Origin: Patescibacteria group bacterium
GTDB taxonomy: Bacteria > Patescibacteriota > Minisyncoccia > Phycocordibacterales > SBAW01
Direction of reading: 5' to 3'
DNA: 64,000 nt
NCBI GenBank assembly: GCA_016176685.1
Contig: JACOWS010000004.1
Span: forward strand, 2,018-66,017
Part shown: positions 1 to 8,831 of the stretch, in pieces
Position numbering within the stretch: the first letter of the stretch is position 1
Layout of the letters: every line of letters starts with the position of its first letter
Notes under the pieces: model-generated
What the model was told of the DNA's origin: nothing
What the model saw: only the letters and a program-made list of their open reading frames with translations
Databases searched by the model: none
Position numbers and translations under genes: made by a program

Positions 1-423
1 GACTTTCGCCTGTTGCCGGGGCGTACCGCGTACGAAAATATCGCCTTTGCGATGGAGGCCGCCGGCCGTAGCGAAGAGGATATACACTCCGACGTACCGC
101 ACGTGCTGGAGCTGGTTGACCTCGGCAATAAAATGAGCAATTTTCCAGGCGAACTTTCCGGCGGCGAGCAGCAGCGCGTGGCTATTGCTCGCGCTATAGT
201 CAACCAACCGGATGTAGTTATCGCAGACGAGCCCACCGGCAACCTCGACCCGGTAAACACCTTCGAGGTGGTGCAGATATTGAAGAAGATAAACGACCTC
301 GGAACCACCATTGTCCTCACCACACACAACAAGGGAGTCATCGACAGCTTAAAAAAGCGGGTTATAACCATGGACCGCGGCAAAGTTATCCGCGACGACC
401 GTGAGGGCAAATATATTTTATAA
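1..423 (+). CDS. ftsE: Cell-division ABC transporter ATP-binding protein FtsE (5' truncated by window edge)
   Basis: ABC signature LSGGEQQRVAIARA and Walker B VVIADEPTGNLD. The frame is open from nt 1. The gene is followed by ftsX. Confidence 0.85.
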   Translation, partial: DFRLLPGRTAYENIAFAMEAAGRSEEDIHSDVPHVLELVDLGNKMSNFPGELSGGEQQRVAIARAIVNQPDVVIADEPTGNLDPVNTFEVVQILKKINDLGTTIVLTTHNKGVIDSLKKRVITMDRGKVIRDDREGKYIL

Positions 424-433
424 TCAACCAACC

Positions 434-1366
434 ATGGACCTCGTCACCACAAAAAGAATTTTCCGTGCTGGTTTCCTGGACTTTTGGCGCAACGGGTTTG
501 TATCGCTTGCGGCCATACTCATGATGATATTCACCCTCTTTACCATCGGCATGGCGATGTTTACCGGAGTGATACTCCAAACCACTCTCCAGGAGTTTAG
601 AGATAAAGCCGACATGAACGTATACTTCACCACCGATGCGCCGGAAGAGCGCATAGTGGAGGTACAGGCGTCGCTCAAAGCCCTACCGGAGGTTGCCGAG
701 GTCTCTTACGTATCGCGCGAGGAGGCGCTGGCCGCCTTCCGCGAGCGGCATCAAAACAACCAGCTTATACTCCAAGCGCTCGAGGCGCTGGGCGACAACC
801 CGCTTGGCGCGGTCTTAACCGTCAAGGCAAAAGACCTTTCGCAATACGACTCCATCGCTAACTTTTTAAACGGGCAGGGGGCACTCCAGGGCGGGCAGAC
901 GTCGGTTATCGACAAGATAAACTACTACGACGCGGCGCATCGCGTCGCCATAGACCGGCTGGGTGCGGTAACTGACTCGGCGCGGTGGATAGGGCTTATC
1001 ATCATACTTATTTTTGTAGCCGCTACCATCGCCATTTCGCTCAACACCATGCGGCTTGCCATATACTCTTCCCGCGATGAAATATCCATCATGCGGCTGG
1101 TGGGGGCGGGGCAGGCATACATTCGGGCGCCGTTTATCGTAGAGGGGGTGCTGGTGGGGCTTTCGGCATCGCTGGTAACCCTGCTCTTGTTCTATCCGCT
1201 AACCTGGTGGCTCGGCTCTGCCACGCAAGACTTTTTTGGCGGCATCAATGTCTTTTACTACTACCTTTCTAACTTCCCGCTCTTTTTTGGAGTGTTAGTG
1301 GGTTCCGGAGTGCTCTTGGGCGCGGTTGCAAGCTACCTCGCCGTGCGGCGATACCTAACTATCTAG
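434..1366 (+). CDS. ftsX: Cell-division permease FtsX
   Basis: Immediately downstream of ftsE. It has one N-terminal TM, a periplasmic domain and three C-terminal TMs, the typical FtsX layout. The ATG at 434 is preferred over the GTG at 401, which overlaps ftsE. Confidence 0.75.
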   Translation: MDLVTTKRIFRAGFLDFWRNGFVSLAAILMMIFTLFTIGMAMFTGVILQTTLQEFRDKADMNVYFTTDAPEERIVEVQASLKALPEVAEVSYVSREEALAAFRERHQNNQLILQALEALGDNPLGAVLTVKAKDLSQYDSIANFLNGQGALQGGQTSVIDKINYYDAAHRVAIDRLGAVTDSARWIGLIIILIFVAATIAISLNTMRLAIYSSRDEISIMRLVGAGQAYIRAPFIVEGVLVGLSASLVTLLLFYPLTWWLGSATQDFFGGINVFYYYLSNFPLFFGVLVGSGVLLGAVASYLAVRRYLTI

Positions 1367-1367
1367 T

Positions 1368-3011
1368 ATGCCTAAATATATTTTTATCGTGGGCGGTGTT
1401 ATGTCGGGTATCGGCAAAGGCATCGCCTCCTCCGCCATTGGGCGCATACTCAAGAGCAAAGGTTTTAGCGTTACCGCGATAAAAATAGACCCGTACATTA
1501 ACGTTGACGCCGGCACGATGAACCCAACCGAGCACGGCGAGGTGTTTGTGCTTGACGACGGCTACGAAACCGACCAAGACATGGGCAACTACGAGCGCTT
1601 CTTGGGAGAAACACTGCCAAGCATCAACTACATGACCACCGGCCGGGTATACCAGGAGATTATCCGCCGCGAGCGCAACCTCGAGTATGGCGGCAAAAAT
1701 GTGGAGGTGGTGCCCCACGTGCCGCTGGAGGTTATCCGCCGCATAGAAGAGGCACAAAAACTGGCCCGGGCCGACGTAACGCTCGTGGAAATTGGCGGCA
1801 CCATCGGCGAGTACCAAAACATCATCTTTTTGGAGGCGGCGCGCATGCTCAAACAAAAGCACCCCAAAGACGTTGCAGTAGTGATGGTCTCTTATGTGCC
1901 GATACCGCGCAACATCGGCGAGATGAAGACCAAACCGACGCAGTATGCCAGCCGGGAGCTTAACTCGGCGGGGCTCCAAGCCGACATCATACTCGCGCGC
2001 GCGGAGGTTGCCTTGGACCAAAAGCGCAAAGATAAAATAGCCACCTTTTGCAATGTGGCGCCCGACAGGGTCATCTCGGCTCCCGACGTAGAGAGTATCT
2101 ACGATGTGCCGCTCAATTACGAAAAAGACAATTTGGGCAACATACTCTGCCGGGTGCTGGGGCTCTCGGAGAAAACAAGCAATCTCAAAGATTGGGAAGC
2201 GTTTGTCGCAAAAAGTAAAAACGGCACCGCGGCGGTGCCTATTGCCGTGGTGGGGAAGTACTTTAACTCCGGCGACTTCGTGCTCTCCGACGTATACATT
2301 TCGGTACTCGAGGCGCTCAAAGCCGCCGCCTACCATCTTGACCTCAAGCCCGACATTACCTACCTAAACTCAAAAGACTTCGAGGCGGGCACGATGCCGC
2401 TCTCGGCGCTCGACCAGTATGCCGGCGTGCTTATCCCCGGCGGCTTTGGCGAGACCGGGGTCGAGGGCAAGATAAAGGTCATCGAGTACGTCCGCGAGAA
2501 AAAAATTCCGTACTTCGGGCTGTGCTACGGCATGCAACTGGCGGTGGTGGAGTATGCGCGCCACATGGCGGGGCTCGCTCAAGCGCATACCACAGAGATA
2601 CAGCCGGACACAGCGTATCCGGTTGTTATGGTGATGGAAAGCCAAAAAGAAAATGTGGCAAAGGGAAAGCTCGGCGGCACGATGCGCCTCGGCGCGTATC
2701 CGGCCCTGCTTAAAGAGGGCACCATTGCGCGCGAAGCGTATAAAAAAGACACCATTTCCGAAAGGCATCGCCATCGCTATGAGGTAAACCCGAAGTATGT
2801 CGGGCAGCTCCAAAAAGCGGGGCTGGTATTTTCCGGCCGCTCGCCCGACGGCGTCTTGATGGAGATAGCGGAGCTCCCCACGAGTGTCCACCCCTTCTTT
2901 CTTGGCACGCAGTTCCACCCCGAGTTTCTCTCCCGCCCTCTTTCCCCGCACCCGTTGTTTGTGGCCTTCATCAAAGCCGCCGGCCTGCGCAAGCAGGCGA
3001 GCAAAAAATAA
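1368..3011 (+). CDS. pyrG: CTP synthase
   Basis: 547 aa. N-terminal MPKYIFIVGGVMSGIGKGI synthetase domain and C-terminal glutamine amidotransferase domain with GLCYGMQ and HPEF motifs. Confidence 0.95.
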   Translation: MPKYIFIVGGVMSGIGKGIASSAIGRILKSKGFSVTAIKIDPYINVDAGTMNPTEHGEVFVLDDGYETDQDMGNYERFLGETLPSINYMTTGRVYQEIIRRERNLEYGGKNVEVVPHVPLEVIRRIEEAQKLARADVTLVEIGGTIGEYQNIIFLEAARMLKQKHPKDVAVVMVSYVPIPRNIGEMKTKPTQYASRELNSAGLQADIILARAEVALDQKRKDKIATFCNVAPDRVISAPDVESIYDVPLNYEKDNLGNILCRVLGLSEKTSNLKDWEAFVAKSKNGTAAVPIAVVGKYFNSGDFVLSDVYISVLEALKAAAYHLDLKPDITYLNSKDFEAGTMPLSALDQYAGVLIPGGFGETGVEGKIKVIEYVREKKIPYFGLCYGMQLAVVEYARHMAGLAQAHTTEIQPDTAYPVVMVMESQKENVAKGKLGGTMRLGAYPALLKEGTIAREAYKKDTISERHRHRYEVNPKYVGQLQKAGLVFSGRSPDGVLMEIAELPTSVHPFFLGTQFHPEFLSRPLSPHPLFVAFIKAAGLRKQASKK

Positions 3012-3314
3012 TTTTTCAGAACTTATAAAGCACGTTATCATTTCAATAGAATATTTTTAATTTAGCTATAGCTTAATTAAAAATATATTATTTTAAACTA
3101 AAGTAACGTGCGGAAATTAGAAAATCTGCTACAATTTCGTTGTTGTTAGCAATTGCCGGGTCGTCCCTGGCCGGTAAACCCGTCCACAAAAATGCGAGTG
3201 CCGTTTGTGTTAGTGTATAGCGAGATATTTTCAACTCGGGTAGAGGCGCGGAGGCGAGAGAAATATCTAAAGAGTTATAGAGGAGCGGGAGAAAAATCCT
3301 CTATATTGAAAAAT

Positions 3315-3385
3315 TGCCAGATCGTCTAATGGTAGGACTCCTGCCTCTGGAGCAGGGTATCTTGGTTCGAATCCAAGTCTGGCAG
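3315..3385 (+). tRNA. tRNA-Gln (anticodon CTG)
   Basis: Hand-folded cloverleaf. Acceptor TGCCAGA/TCTGGCA; anticodon stem CCTGC/GCAGG with loop CTCTGGA; T-arm CTTGG-TTCGAAT-CCAAG. No encoded CCA. Confidence 0.85.
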
Positions 3386-3477
3386 CAGTCTAGTTTAGTA
3401 TCGAAGGACCTAAAGCCGTCGATAACTAGATAACTTCACCCCGTTGTGGCATACCGGCTGAGCACCGTATTCAGAAC

Positions 3478-3507
3478 ACAAAACCACCGATTAGTCGGTG
3501 GTTTTGT
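3478..3507 (+). terminator. Perfect 13-bp inverted repeat hairpin (ACAAAACCACCGA-ttag-TCGGTGGTTTTGT) downstream of tRNA-Gln
   Basis: Seen directly. Followed by TGTGTAATTG rather than a long T-run. Candidate terminator, or a boundary element of the AT-rich island. Confidence 0.5.
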
Positions 3508-3589
3508 GTAATTGACCTCATTTAGTACTATATGATACGCTCTGTTGAACCAGTTGTTTTATTTGTAAGGGCGTGATATATATGCAAGT

Positions 3590-3823
3590 ATGCAAAAAGG
3601 AGATAATAAAAACGAATCATCAAGAGAAAGGTTTCGCCGCCTGGCTACCCTTAGGACGAATGGGGTTCTAAAGCGACTGAAGGTTCTGGGTAATTGTTCA
3701 AATCGCCACGCCTACGAATACGATGAGGAGGATATTGATAAGATTTTTTCCGAGATTGAGCGCAAGGTTAAGGAATCTAAAGCAAAATTTCATTTCCCCA
3801 AAAAGCGGGAGTTTAAACTATGA
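3590..3823 (+). CDS. Small basic hypothetical protein (77 aa), first ORF of AT-rich island 1
   Basis: ORF track only. AT-rich codon usage matches the neighbouring island genes. It ends 10 nt before the GHKL ATPase gene. No recognisable domain. Confidence 0.35.
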   Translation: MQKGDNKNESSRERFRRLATLRTNGVLKRLKVLGNCSNRHAYEYDEEDIDKIFSEIERKVKESKAKFHFPKKREFKL

Positions 3824-3832
3824 ACTAATCTT

Positions 3833-5626
3833 ATGTCTAACATACTCACGGATATTAAAACTGAACAAATAGGAGCCGACTTGTCGAAGGTCGTTGATAG
3901 AGTTTCAAAACAATATGACCGCCCGGATATTGCTTTTCAGAAAGAAGCAATCCAAAATTCTTGGGATGTTCGCAGTGATAAAAAGGAGGGGAAAGAGTGG
4001 CTATTTAAAATTTATGAATATAAGGACGGAAATCAGAAGACTCACGTCGTTGTAGAAGATTTTGGGACAAAGGGAATGAACAAAGAAAGGTGGGAGGCCT
4101 TTTCCTCACTATGGCGTCCTAAAAAAGATCGTGATGATGCTGGTGGAAAAGGACAAGGAAAGTTTGTATTGATGAACGCCTCCCAAGAACACGTTTTATT
4201 TGTGGAAAGTGTGAGTGATGATGCTGGTTATATTTGTAAATTTCTTCAGGATGGTAAAAAGAGTAGAGATGAAGAAAATTTCCAAATTTTTAAACATATT
4301 CCAAGCGTTAAACCCCTTGAGCACAAAGGAAGCAGAATTTGGGTATATGACGTTCGAGATGATTTTTTAAAAACACTACATTCCGAGGAATTTGCAGATT
4401 CAATAATAGAATGCTGGTGGCAAGTACTCGGACCCAGATTTAATGGAAAAATTTCTCTGTTTGATAAGGAGGTTGTGTATAAACCTCTTCCGTCCCCAAC
4501 GGAAGAAATAACCTTGTTTGAGAATCATCAGGTTGATGGGTTTGGCCGGATAAAAAGGCTTTGTCTCAGTTTTTATGCAGATAAAGTTCCGTCGGCTTTC
4601 GATGGAGTGATGGTTCAGCGAGCCAATATGATGATCGTTAAAATTCCCTTTGAAGTGCATGACAAAGAATATCAAGGTCGCTTTTCAGGATATATAGAAT
4701 TTGATGAAACGTTGGAAAAAGAGTTGAAGGAAATAGAAAGAAATGATCACTGTAGTTTTCAATATGAATCACCATGGAAAGAAATTAAGGTTCTTATAAA
4801 AGACGAGGTTAGTAAATTTATTACAAAGATCGTTCCATCGAAAGAACAACGCAAAACGATAAATATAAAAAATCTTGCCGAAGTTATTCAAAAAGCAAAC
4901 CAAATTATTGATGAATACTGTCCGGAAATTCTTGGTGGCGGAACAGTTGTGCCGCCGATTACTCCAAGGCCGAAGCCTCCAATCAGAATAAAACATCTTG
5001 CGGTCAATAAGAGAGAGGTGAAATGGGGCGATACAATCAAAGCGACTTGCGGGATACTTAACACTACCAGTGAGGATAAAAAGGTATCGCTTAATATTGA
5101 GATAAAAAGATTGGGAGCGAAAGTTCTTGAGGAAGAATATTCTCTAAAAATTAAAACTAGTGAATCTAAGCCGCTGAAATTAACCGAAATCAAGTTAGCC
5201 CAGAATAAATTTGATAAGGGGAAATATATTGTCCGTGCAATCTTGCGTGAACAGAGGCATGATCTTGATACTAAAACAACCAGTTTTTATCTTGAATCAA
5301 AAAGAGAGCCAGTTAAGAAAGGGTTTATCAAAGAAATTAGATTTTACGAATCTGATGAGCCGTTGAGAAATAAGCAGGTTAAAAGCGGAACTCTTGAAAT
5401 AAATTTAGGACACAAGGACTTTGCGAATATTTGGTCTGTTTTTGAAGAAAAACCAAATATTCAGACTAAACAGATTGGTTTCTTCATAATGAAACTTTGT
5501 CTCGACGAGGCAGTAAGAGAGCTGTTTAAATTGAAGTTAAAAGATGAGAGTTCGAAGGACATAGACGATATTGTTCAAGAAGTTAAAGAAATTCAAGATA
5601 GAATGTACTACGATGTCCATGCCTAA
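3833..5626 (+). CDS. GHKL/Bergerat-fold ATPase (MORC-like HATPase_c_3 family) with long C-terminal extension
   Basis: N-terminus carries Bergerat motifs: motif I EAIQNSWDV (ExxxNxxD), motif II VEDFGTKGM (DxGxG) and the G2 box GGKGQGKF (GxxGxG). 597 aa, about 37% GC, unlike the flanking genes. Confidence 0.75.
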   Translation: MSNILTDIKTEQIGADLSKVVDRVSKQYDRPDIAFQKEAIQNSWDVRSDKKEGKEWLFKIYEYKDGNQKTHVVVEDFGTKGMNKERWEAFSSLWRPKKDRDDAGGKGQGKFVLMNASQEHVLFVESVSDDAGYICKFLQDGKKSRDEENFQIFKHIPSVKPLEHKGSRIWVYDVRDDFLKTLHSEEFADSIIECWWQVLGPRFNGKISLFDKEVVYKPLPSPTEEITLFENHQVDGFGRIKRLCLSFYADKVPSAFDGVMVQRANMMIVKIPFEVHDKEYQGRFSGYIEFDETLEKELKEIERNDHCSFQYESPWKEIKVLIKDEVSKFITKIVPSKEQRKTINIKNLAEVIQKANQIIDEYCPEILGGGTVVPPITPRPKPPIRIKHLAVNKREVKWGDTIKATCGILNTTSEDKKVSLNIEIKRLGAKVLEEEYSLKIKTSESKPLKLTEIKLAQNKFDKGKYIVRAILREQRHDLDTKTTSFYLESKREPVKKGFIKEIRFYESDEPLRNKQVKSGTLEINLGHKDFANIWSVFEEKPNIQTKQIGFFIMKLCLDEAVRELFKLKLKDESSKDIDDIVQEVKEIQDRMYYDVHA

Positions 5627-6179
5627 AAAAGACAACTCAAAACCGGAGTCAAAGATTGGTTTGGGTGAAAAAACTGACTCCGGTTACAAATATTCGTCGC
5701 GAATAAATTTTAAGGAAGATTTATCACTTCAAATTGCAAAGTTAATGCAAGAAAAAAAAGCGAAAGATGAGCTAGAAACTTATGTTGAGCAAATTCGTAA
5801 AATTTCTTCGCGATTTAAAAATAAGGATAAAAACCTCGATTACTATACAGCTGTTGGCAAAGTTTTATTTTTTTTAAGCAGTGATAGCTTTAAGAACATA
5901 AAACCTTACAGCGTATTTAGAAGATTGATTGATGAAGTTCCCGATATATTGCCCGGATTAGACACGAAAAGAATACAAGATCATTTGATGATGATGTACA
6001 GAATTGGCGGGCTAGACGAAAATATTTTGAGTAAAGCGACATGGGAACAGTGGTATGAAATATCGAAGTTCAAAAATGCCATAAACAATCGGAGGGTGTT
6101 AAATAGAATACTTACGGCAAGCGGTAGTGCTTCTGGTCCTGATTTACGCAAAAAGATAGAATCTATACTAGGTAAGTAA
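5613..6179 (+). CDS. Hypothetical protein (189 aa), translationally coupled partner of the GHKL ATPase
   Basis: ATG at 5613 overlaps the upstream stop at 5624-5626 by 14 nt. Same AT-rich composition. No recognisable domain. Confidence 0.6.
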   Translation: MSMPKKDNSKPESKIGLGEKTDSGYKYSSRINFKEDLSLQIAKLMQEKKAKDELETYVEQIRKISSRFKNKDKNLDYYTAVGKVLFFLSSDSFKNIKPYSVFRRLIDEVPDILPGLDTKRIQDHLMMMYRIGGLDENILSKATWEQWYEISKFKNAINNRRVLNRILTASGSASGPDLRKKIESILGK

Positions 6180-6213
6180 AACTTGTCGCCGCAAATTTTC
6201 GTTTCTCAAGCGA

Positions 6214-6256
6214 GGGCGCGGCGGAAGAGGGGTGTGGGGGGAATTCCGCCGCGCCC
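6214..6256 (+). terminator. GC-rich 11-bp perfect inverted repeat (GGGCGCGGCGG ... CCGCCGCGCCC) near the right (6.2 kb) end of AT-rich island 1
   Basis: Seen directly, 35 nt after the stop of the island operon. A second GC hairpin (CCGCC...GGCGG) follows at about 6267-6289. Confidence 0.45.
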
Positions 6257-6418
6257 GAGCGTTCCGCCGGAGCGAAGCGGAGGCGGTCAGTCGTCCGGAT
6301 TCGTTTGGTAAGAAGTTCGGATTTTGTTCAAGAGACACAGCCGAGGTTGGATCGGCCTGTGGATCCGGCGACGCGAGATTCTCCGTCCCGCCGCTTTGCA
6401 GTATACTTAAGGCGACGT

Positions 6419-6922
6419 ATGCCGCTTTCTCTCTACAACACAACCGTCCCCGTATTCATCCGCTCACTCACCGAGCTCCTGCGCCTCATAGAAAAGGGAA
6501 GGGCGTTTGCACGAAGAAAGAACATCTCCGAGAAGAGATTGATTGGCGCGCGCCTCGCACCTGACATGCTCACCTTCGCGGGGCAGGTACAGTATTCCTA
6601 TTTTACGGCGCTCGACGCCGCGGCCGGGCTCTCCGGAAAAAAGGCGCCCGCGTTCGCCTATGACGAGACCTCCGTCGCCGAGCTTGCGCGAAATGTACGG
6701 CGCACGCTCGCATATCTCCACTCCATCACGCCGCGAGATTTTTCACACGCGGGGAGGCGGCGCGTCCCCGTTTACTTCGACCCGTCGCGAAAACTTCCCG
6801 CGCGTCGCTATATAACACAACTCGCGCTCCCCAATTTCTTTTTTCATATGACGGCGGCTTACGCTATCTTGCGCCACATCGGGGTACCTCTTAAAAAGAG
6901 CGACTACCTCGGCAAGCTTTAA
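6419..6922 (+). CDS. DUF1993 family protein
   Basis: MPLSLYNTTVPVFIRSLTELL ... PNFFFHMTAAYAILRHIGVPL matches the DUF1993 pattern. The ATG at 6419 is chosen over the longer GTG-initiated ORF at 6305. Confidence 0.6.
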   Translation: MPLSLYNTTVPVFIRSLTELLRLIEKGRAFARRKNISEKRLIGARLAPDMLTFAGQVQYSYFTALDAAAGLSGKKAPAFAYDETSVAELARNVRRTLAYLHSITPRDFSHAGRRRVPVYFDPSRKLPARRYITQLALPNFFFHMTAAYAILRHIGVPLKKSDYLGKL

Positions 6923-6936
6923 GGGACGCGAGCACG

Positions 6937-7218
6937 CTATTTGTGTTTTACGCGCCGCGTCCGGGATATCGTCGCGCGCGGCTCTCGCCTTCCAAGAGTT
7001 TTCTCGATCCTCCTGCGGTCAAAGCCGATGAGGACGTCGGTCCCGACGACAATGACGGGGACGCCGATTTGGCCGGAGCACTCTATCATTTCCGTCCATT
7101 TTTCTCGGTTAGCGGATACATCGTACTCCGTGAATGGAAGTTTTTGTGCGACAAAATACTCCCGCGCCAGAGCGCAGTACTCGCAATCAGGAGCGCTGTA
7201 GAGAGTTATATGCTGCAT
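6937..7218 (-). CDS. Glutaredoxin-like protein (NrdH/GrxC-like thioredoxin fold)
   Basis: ITLYSAPDCEYC CxxC motif and conserved GVPVIVVG...GFD. Start taken at MQHITLY. Paralogous to the gene at 53471. Confidence 0.7.
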   Translation of the reverse strand: MQHITLYSAPDCEYCALAREYFVAQKLPFTEYDVSANREKWTEMIECSGQIGVPVIVVGTDVLIGFDRRRIEKTLGRREPRATISRTRRVKHK

Positions 7219-7299
7219 AAAGCATAAGAGACGGCAGTCAATGGCAGTCAATAAGTGACGAGCGAGGATAATTATTCTCGCGGGAGTCCGCGTGGGGCA

Positions 7300-8001
7300 T
7301 CAGTCCTCATCGCTCGTATGGAGGATGACGTTCCCCTTTTTGTCGATAGAGATTTTTCGTTTTTTTGCGAGGGACGCGAGAGCCCTCGTCATCGTCTCAC
7401 GCGCGACACCGACGAACTGGGCGAACTTATCGTGGGTGAAGCGGCGAGTGATGGTGCGAACGCCGGCCTCTCTCGTTCCGTACTCACGCCACATGTACTC
7501 GAGTGCTTGCAGAGTTCTTGCCTCGACATCCCCAAGGGTTGCCTCCCGCAAGCGCCCTTCGGCGTTCGCGAGTTCGAGCGAGAGCTGCTTGATTATCGTG
7601 AGGGCAAGGCGTGGCTTGCGCTCAAGGAGCGCGAGGAAGTCGTCATGGGGCATCGTGCAGACCGTTACGTCCGAGGCCGCTTTGATAAAGCGGTGCCGAC
7701 CGCCCTCTTTCCCCGGAGTGTCGCCGAGCGCCGTATAGCCGAAGACATCGCCTGCTTTAAGCGTATCGACGATGAGCTTGCGCCCATCCATGGTCGCCTC
7801 GTACACCTCGACTTCGCCCTTCTTGAGGAAGTAGATGCGCTCGTGGAATTCATCGAACGGCGTCTCGATATAGACATCGCTCTCGAAGTCGCGCATCCGG
7901 GCTTTTTGCGCTATCTCGCGGACCGTCTCCGGTGCAAGCTCACGGAAGAGGTTCACCCGCGAGAGGAACCAGAGTTTCTTTCCCTCGTCCTCCATACCCA
8001 C
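7300..8001 (-). CDS. Crp/Fnr family transcriptional regulator
   Basis: N-terminal cNMP-binding beta-roll (GDVFGYTALG) and C-terminal HTH (TRRFTHDKFAQFVGVARETMTRALASL). Confidence 0.8.
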   Translation of the reverse strand: MGMEDEGKKLWFLSRVNLFRELAPETVREIAQKARMRDFESDVYIETPFDEFHERIYFLKKGEVEVYEATMDGRKLIVDTLKAGDVFGYTALGDTPGKEGGRHRFIKAASDVTVCTMPHDDFLALLERKPRLALTIIKQLSLELANAEGRLREATLGDVEARTLQALEYMWREYGTREAGVRTITRRFTHDKFAQFVGVARETMTRALASLAKKRKISIDKKGNVILHTSDED

Positions 8002-8071
8002 ACTATACCCGTACGGTCTCTATCGCGCACGCCATTCTTTAGGACAGACGGTGGGCCCTTTGAGAACGTGG

Positions 8072-8785
8072 CTAGTTTTCGGGGCGCTTGACGAGATTCA
8101 GCATCATGGCGCTCTGTACGCGCAGGGTGTAGCGGATGGTGTAGAGGGCGAGTGCGATGCCGGTAAGAAGGGTGGCGACGCCGACGAATTTGAACGGCTC
8201 GAGCCACGCTTTCGTTCCTTCTATCGCTTGGAGTTGCCCCAAGAGGAGCGACCCCGACTCGGCGGTGTCAAGCTGTGTCTTGATGGAGTGGTTCCAAAAA
8301 TCGGCAGCGACGTTCGCGAGCGCGAATCCTTCGACGGCGGCTATGGCGAGGATGGTAAGGCCCAACATCATGAGCATCGGGAAGGCGTACGCGGTCCAGG
8401 GCTTTTTCGGCAGGACGGGAGCGATGCCGATTTCACGCTGGAGGACGACCCCGGCATTGCGAAGGGTGAGGATGATGTTTGCAAGCGCCATCGTGATGCC
8501 GGCGAACAGGAGGCCCATGCCGAAGAATTTAAGCGGCGGGAGCCACGCTTTGACGCTCTCGATGCTCACTTTAAGGTTGACAAGGAGCGACCCCGACTCG
8601 GCGCTCTCGCGCACGATTTTCGAGGAGCTCAAGTACTGCGCGGTGTCGGCGCTGTTGCTGAAGCCGACGAGGAGCGCATAGAAGACGATAAGGAGACCCA
8701 TCATGACGAAGGGGCCCCACATAAGGCGCACCATCTTGTACATGGCGGCATCAAGTCCGGTGAGGAGGAATGGAGTATCTTTCAT
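8072..8785 (-). CDS. Membrane protein with internal tandem duplication (hypothetical)
   Basis: Two copies of the module AESGSLL..L..IE..KAWL.P.KF.G...L..GI..AL, each followed by a TM segment. Confidence 0.6.
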   Translation of the reverse strand: MKDTPFLLTGLDAAMYKMVRLMWGPFVMMGLLIVFYALLVGFSNSADTAQYLSSSKIVRESAESGSLLVNLKVSIESVKAWLPPLKFFGMGLLFAGITMALANIILTLRNAGVVLQREIGIAPVLPKKPWTAYAFPMLMMLGLTILAIAAVEGFALANVAADFWNHSIKTQLDTAESGSLLLGQLQAIEGTKAWLEPFKFVGVATLLTGIALALYTIRYTLRVQSAMMLNLVKRPEN

Positions 8786-8831
8786 GGTAGAGATTAATAA
8801 GAGTGAATAGTTCTAATAATGAGCGGAGAAA

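Noticed and set aside
3011-3314. Possible extended -10 promoter (TGcTACAAT at about 3131-3139) and a small RNA between pyrG and tRNA-Gln
   Set aside because: Only a single -10-like element with no supporting -35, structure or conservation that I could verify. Too weak to call.
6214-6290. att-site direct repeat of the tRNA-Gln 3' end at the right island boundary
   Set aside because: No match to GGTTCGAATCCAAGTCTGGCA found near 6180-6300. Only GC-rich hairpins are present, so the island boundary is compositional only.
7255-8091. Long plus-strand ORFs (7255..8091, 7292..7738) opposite the Crp/Fnr gene
   Set aside because: Antisense shadow ORFs in GC-rich DNA. Their translations are low-complexity and have no motifs, while the minus-strand Crp/Fnr reading has clear cNMP-binding and HTH signatures.
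8051-8797. Plus-strand ORFs 8051..8797 and 8157..8681
   Set aside because: Antisense to the repeat-containing membrane protein gene. Arg/Gly/Asp-rich junk translation.
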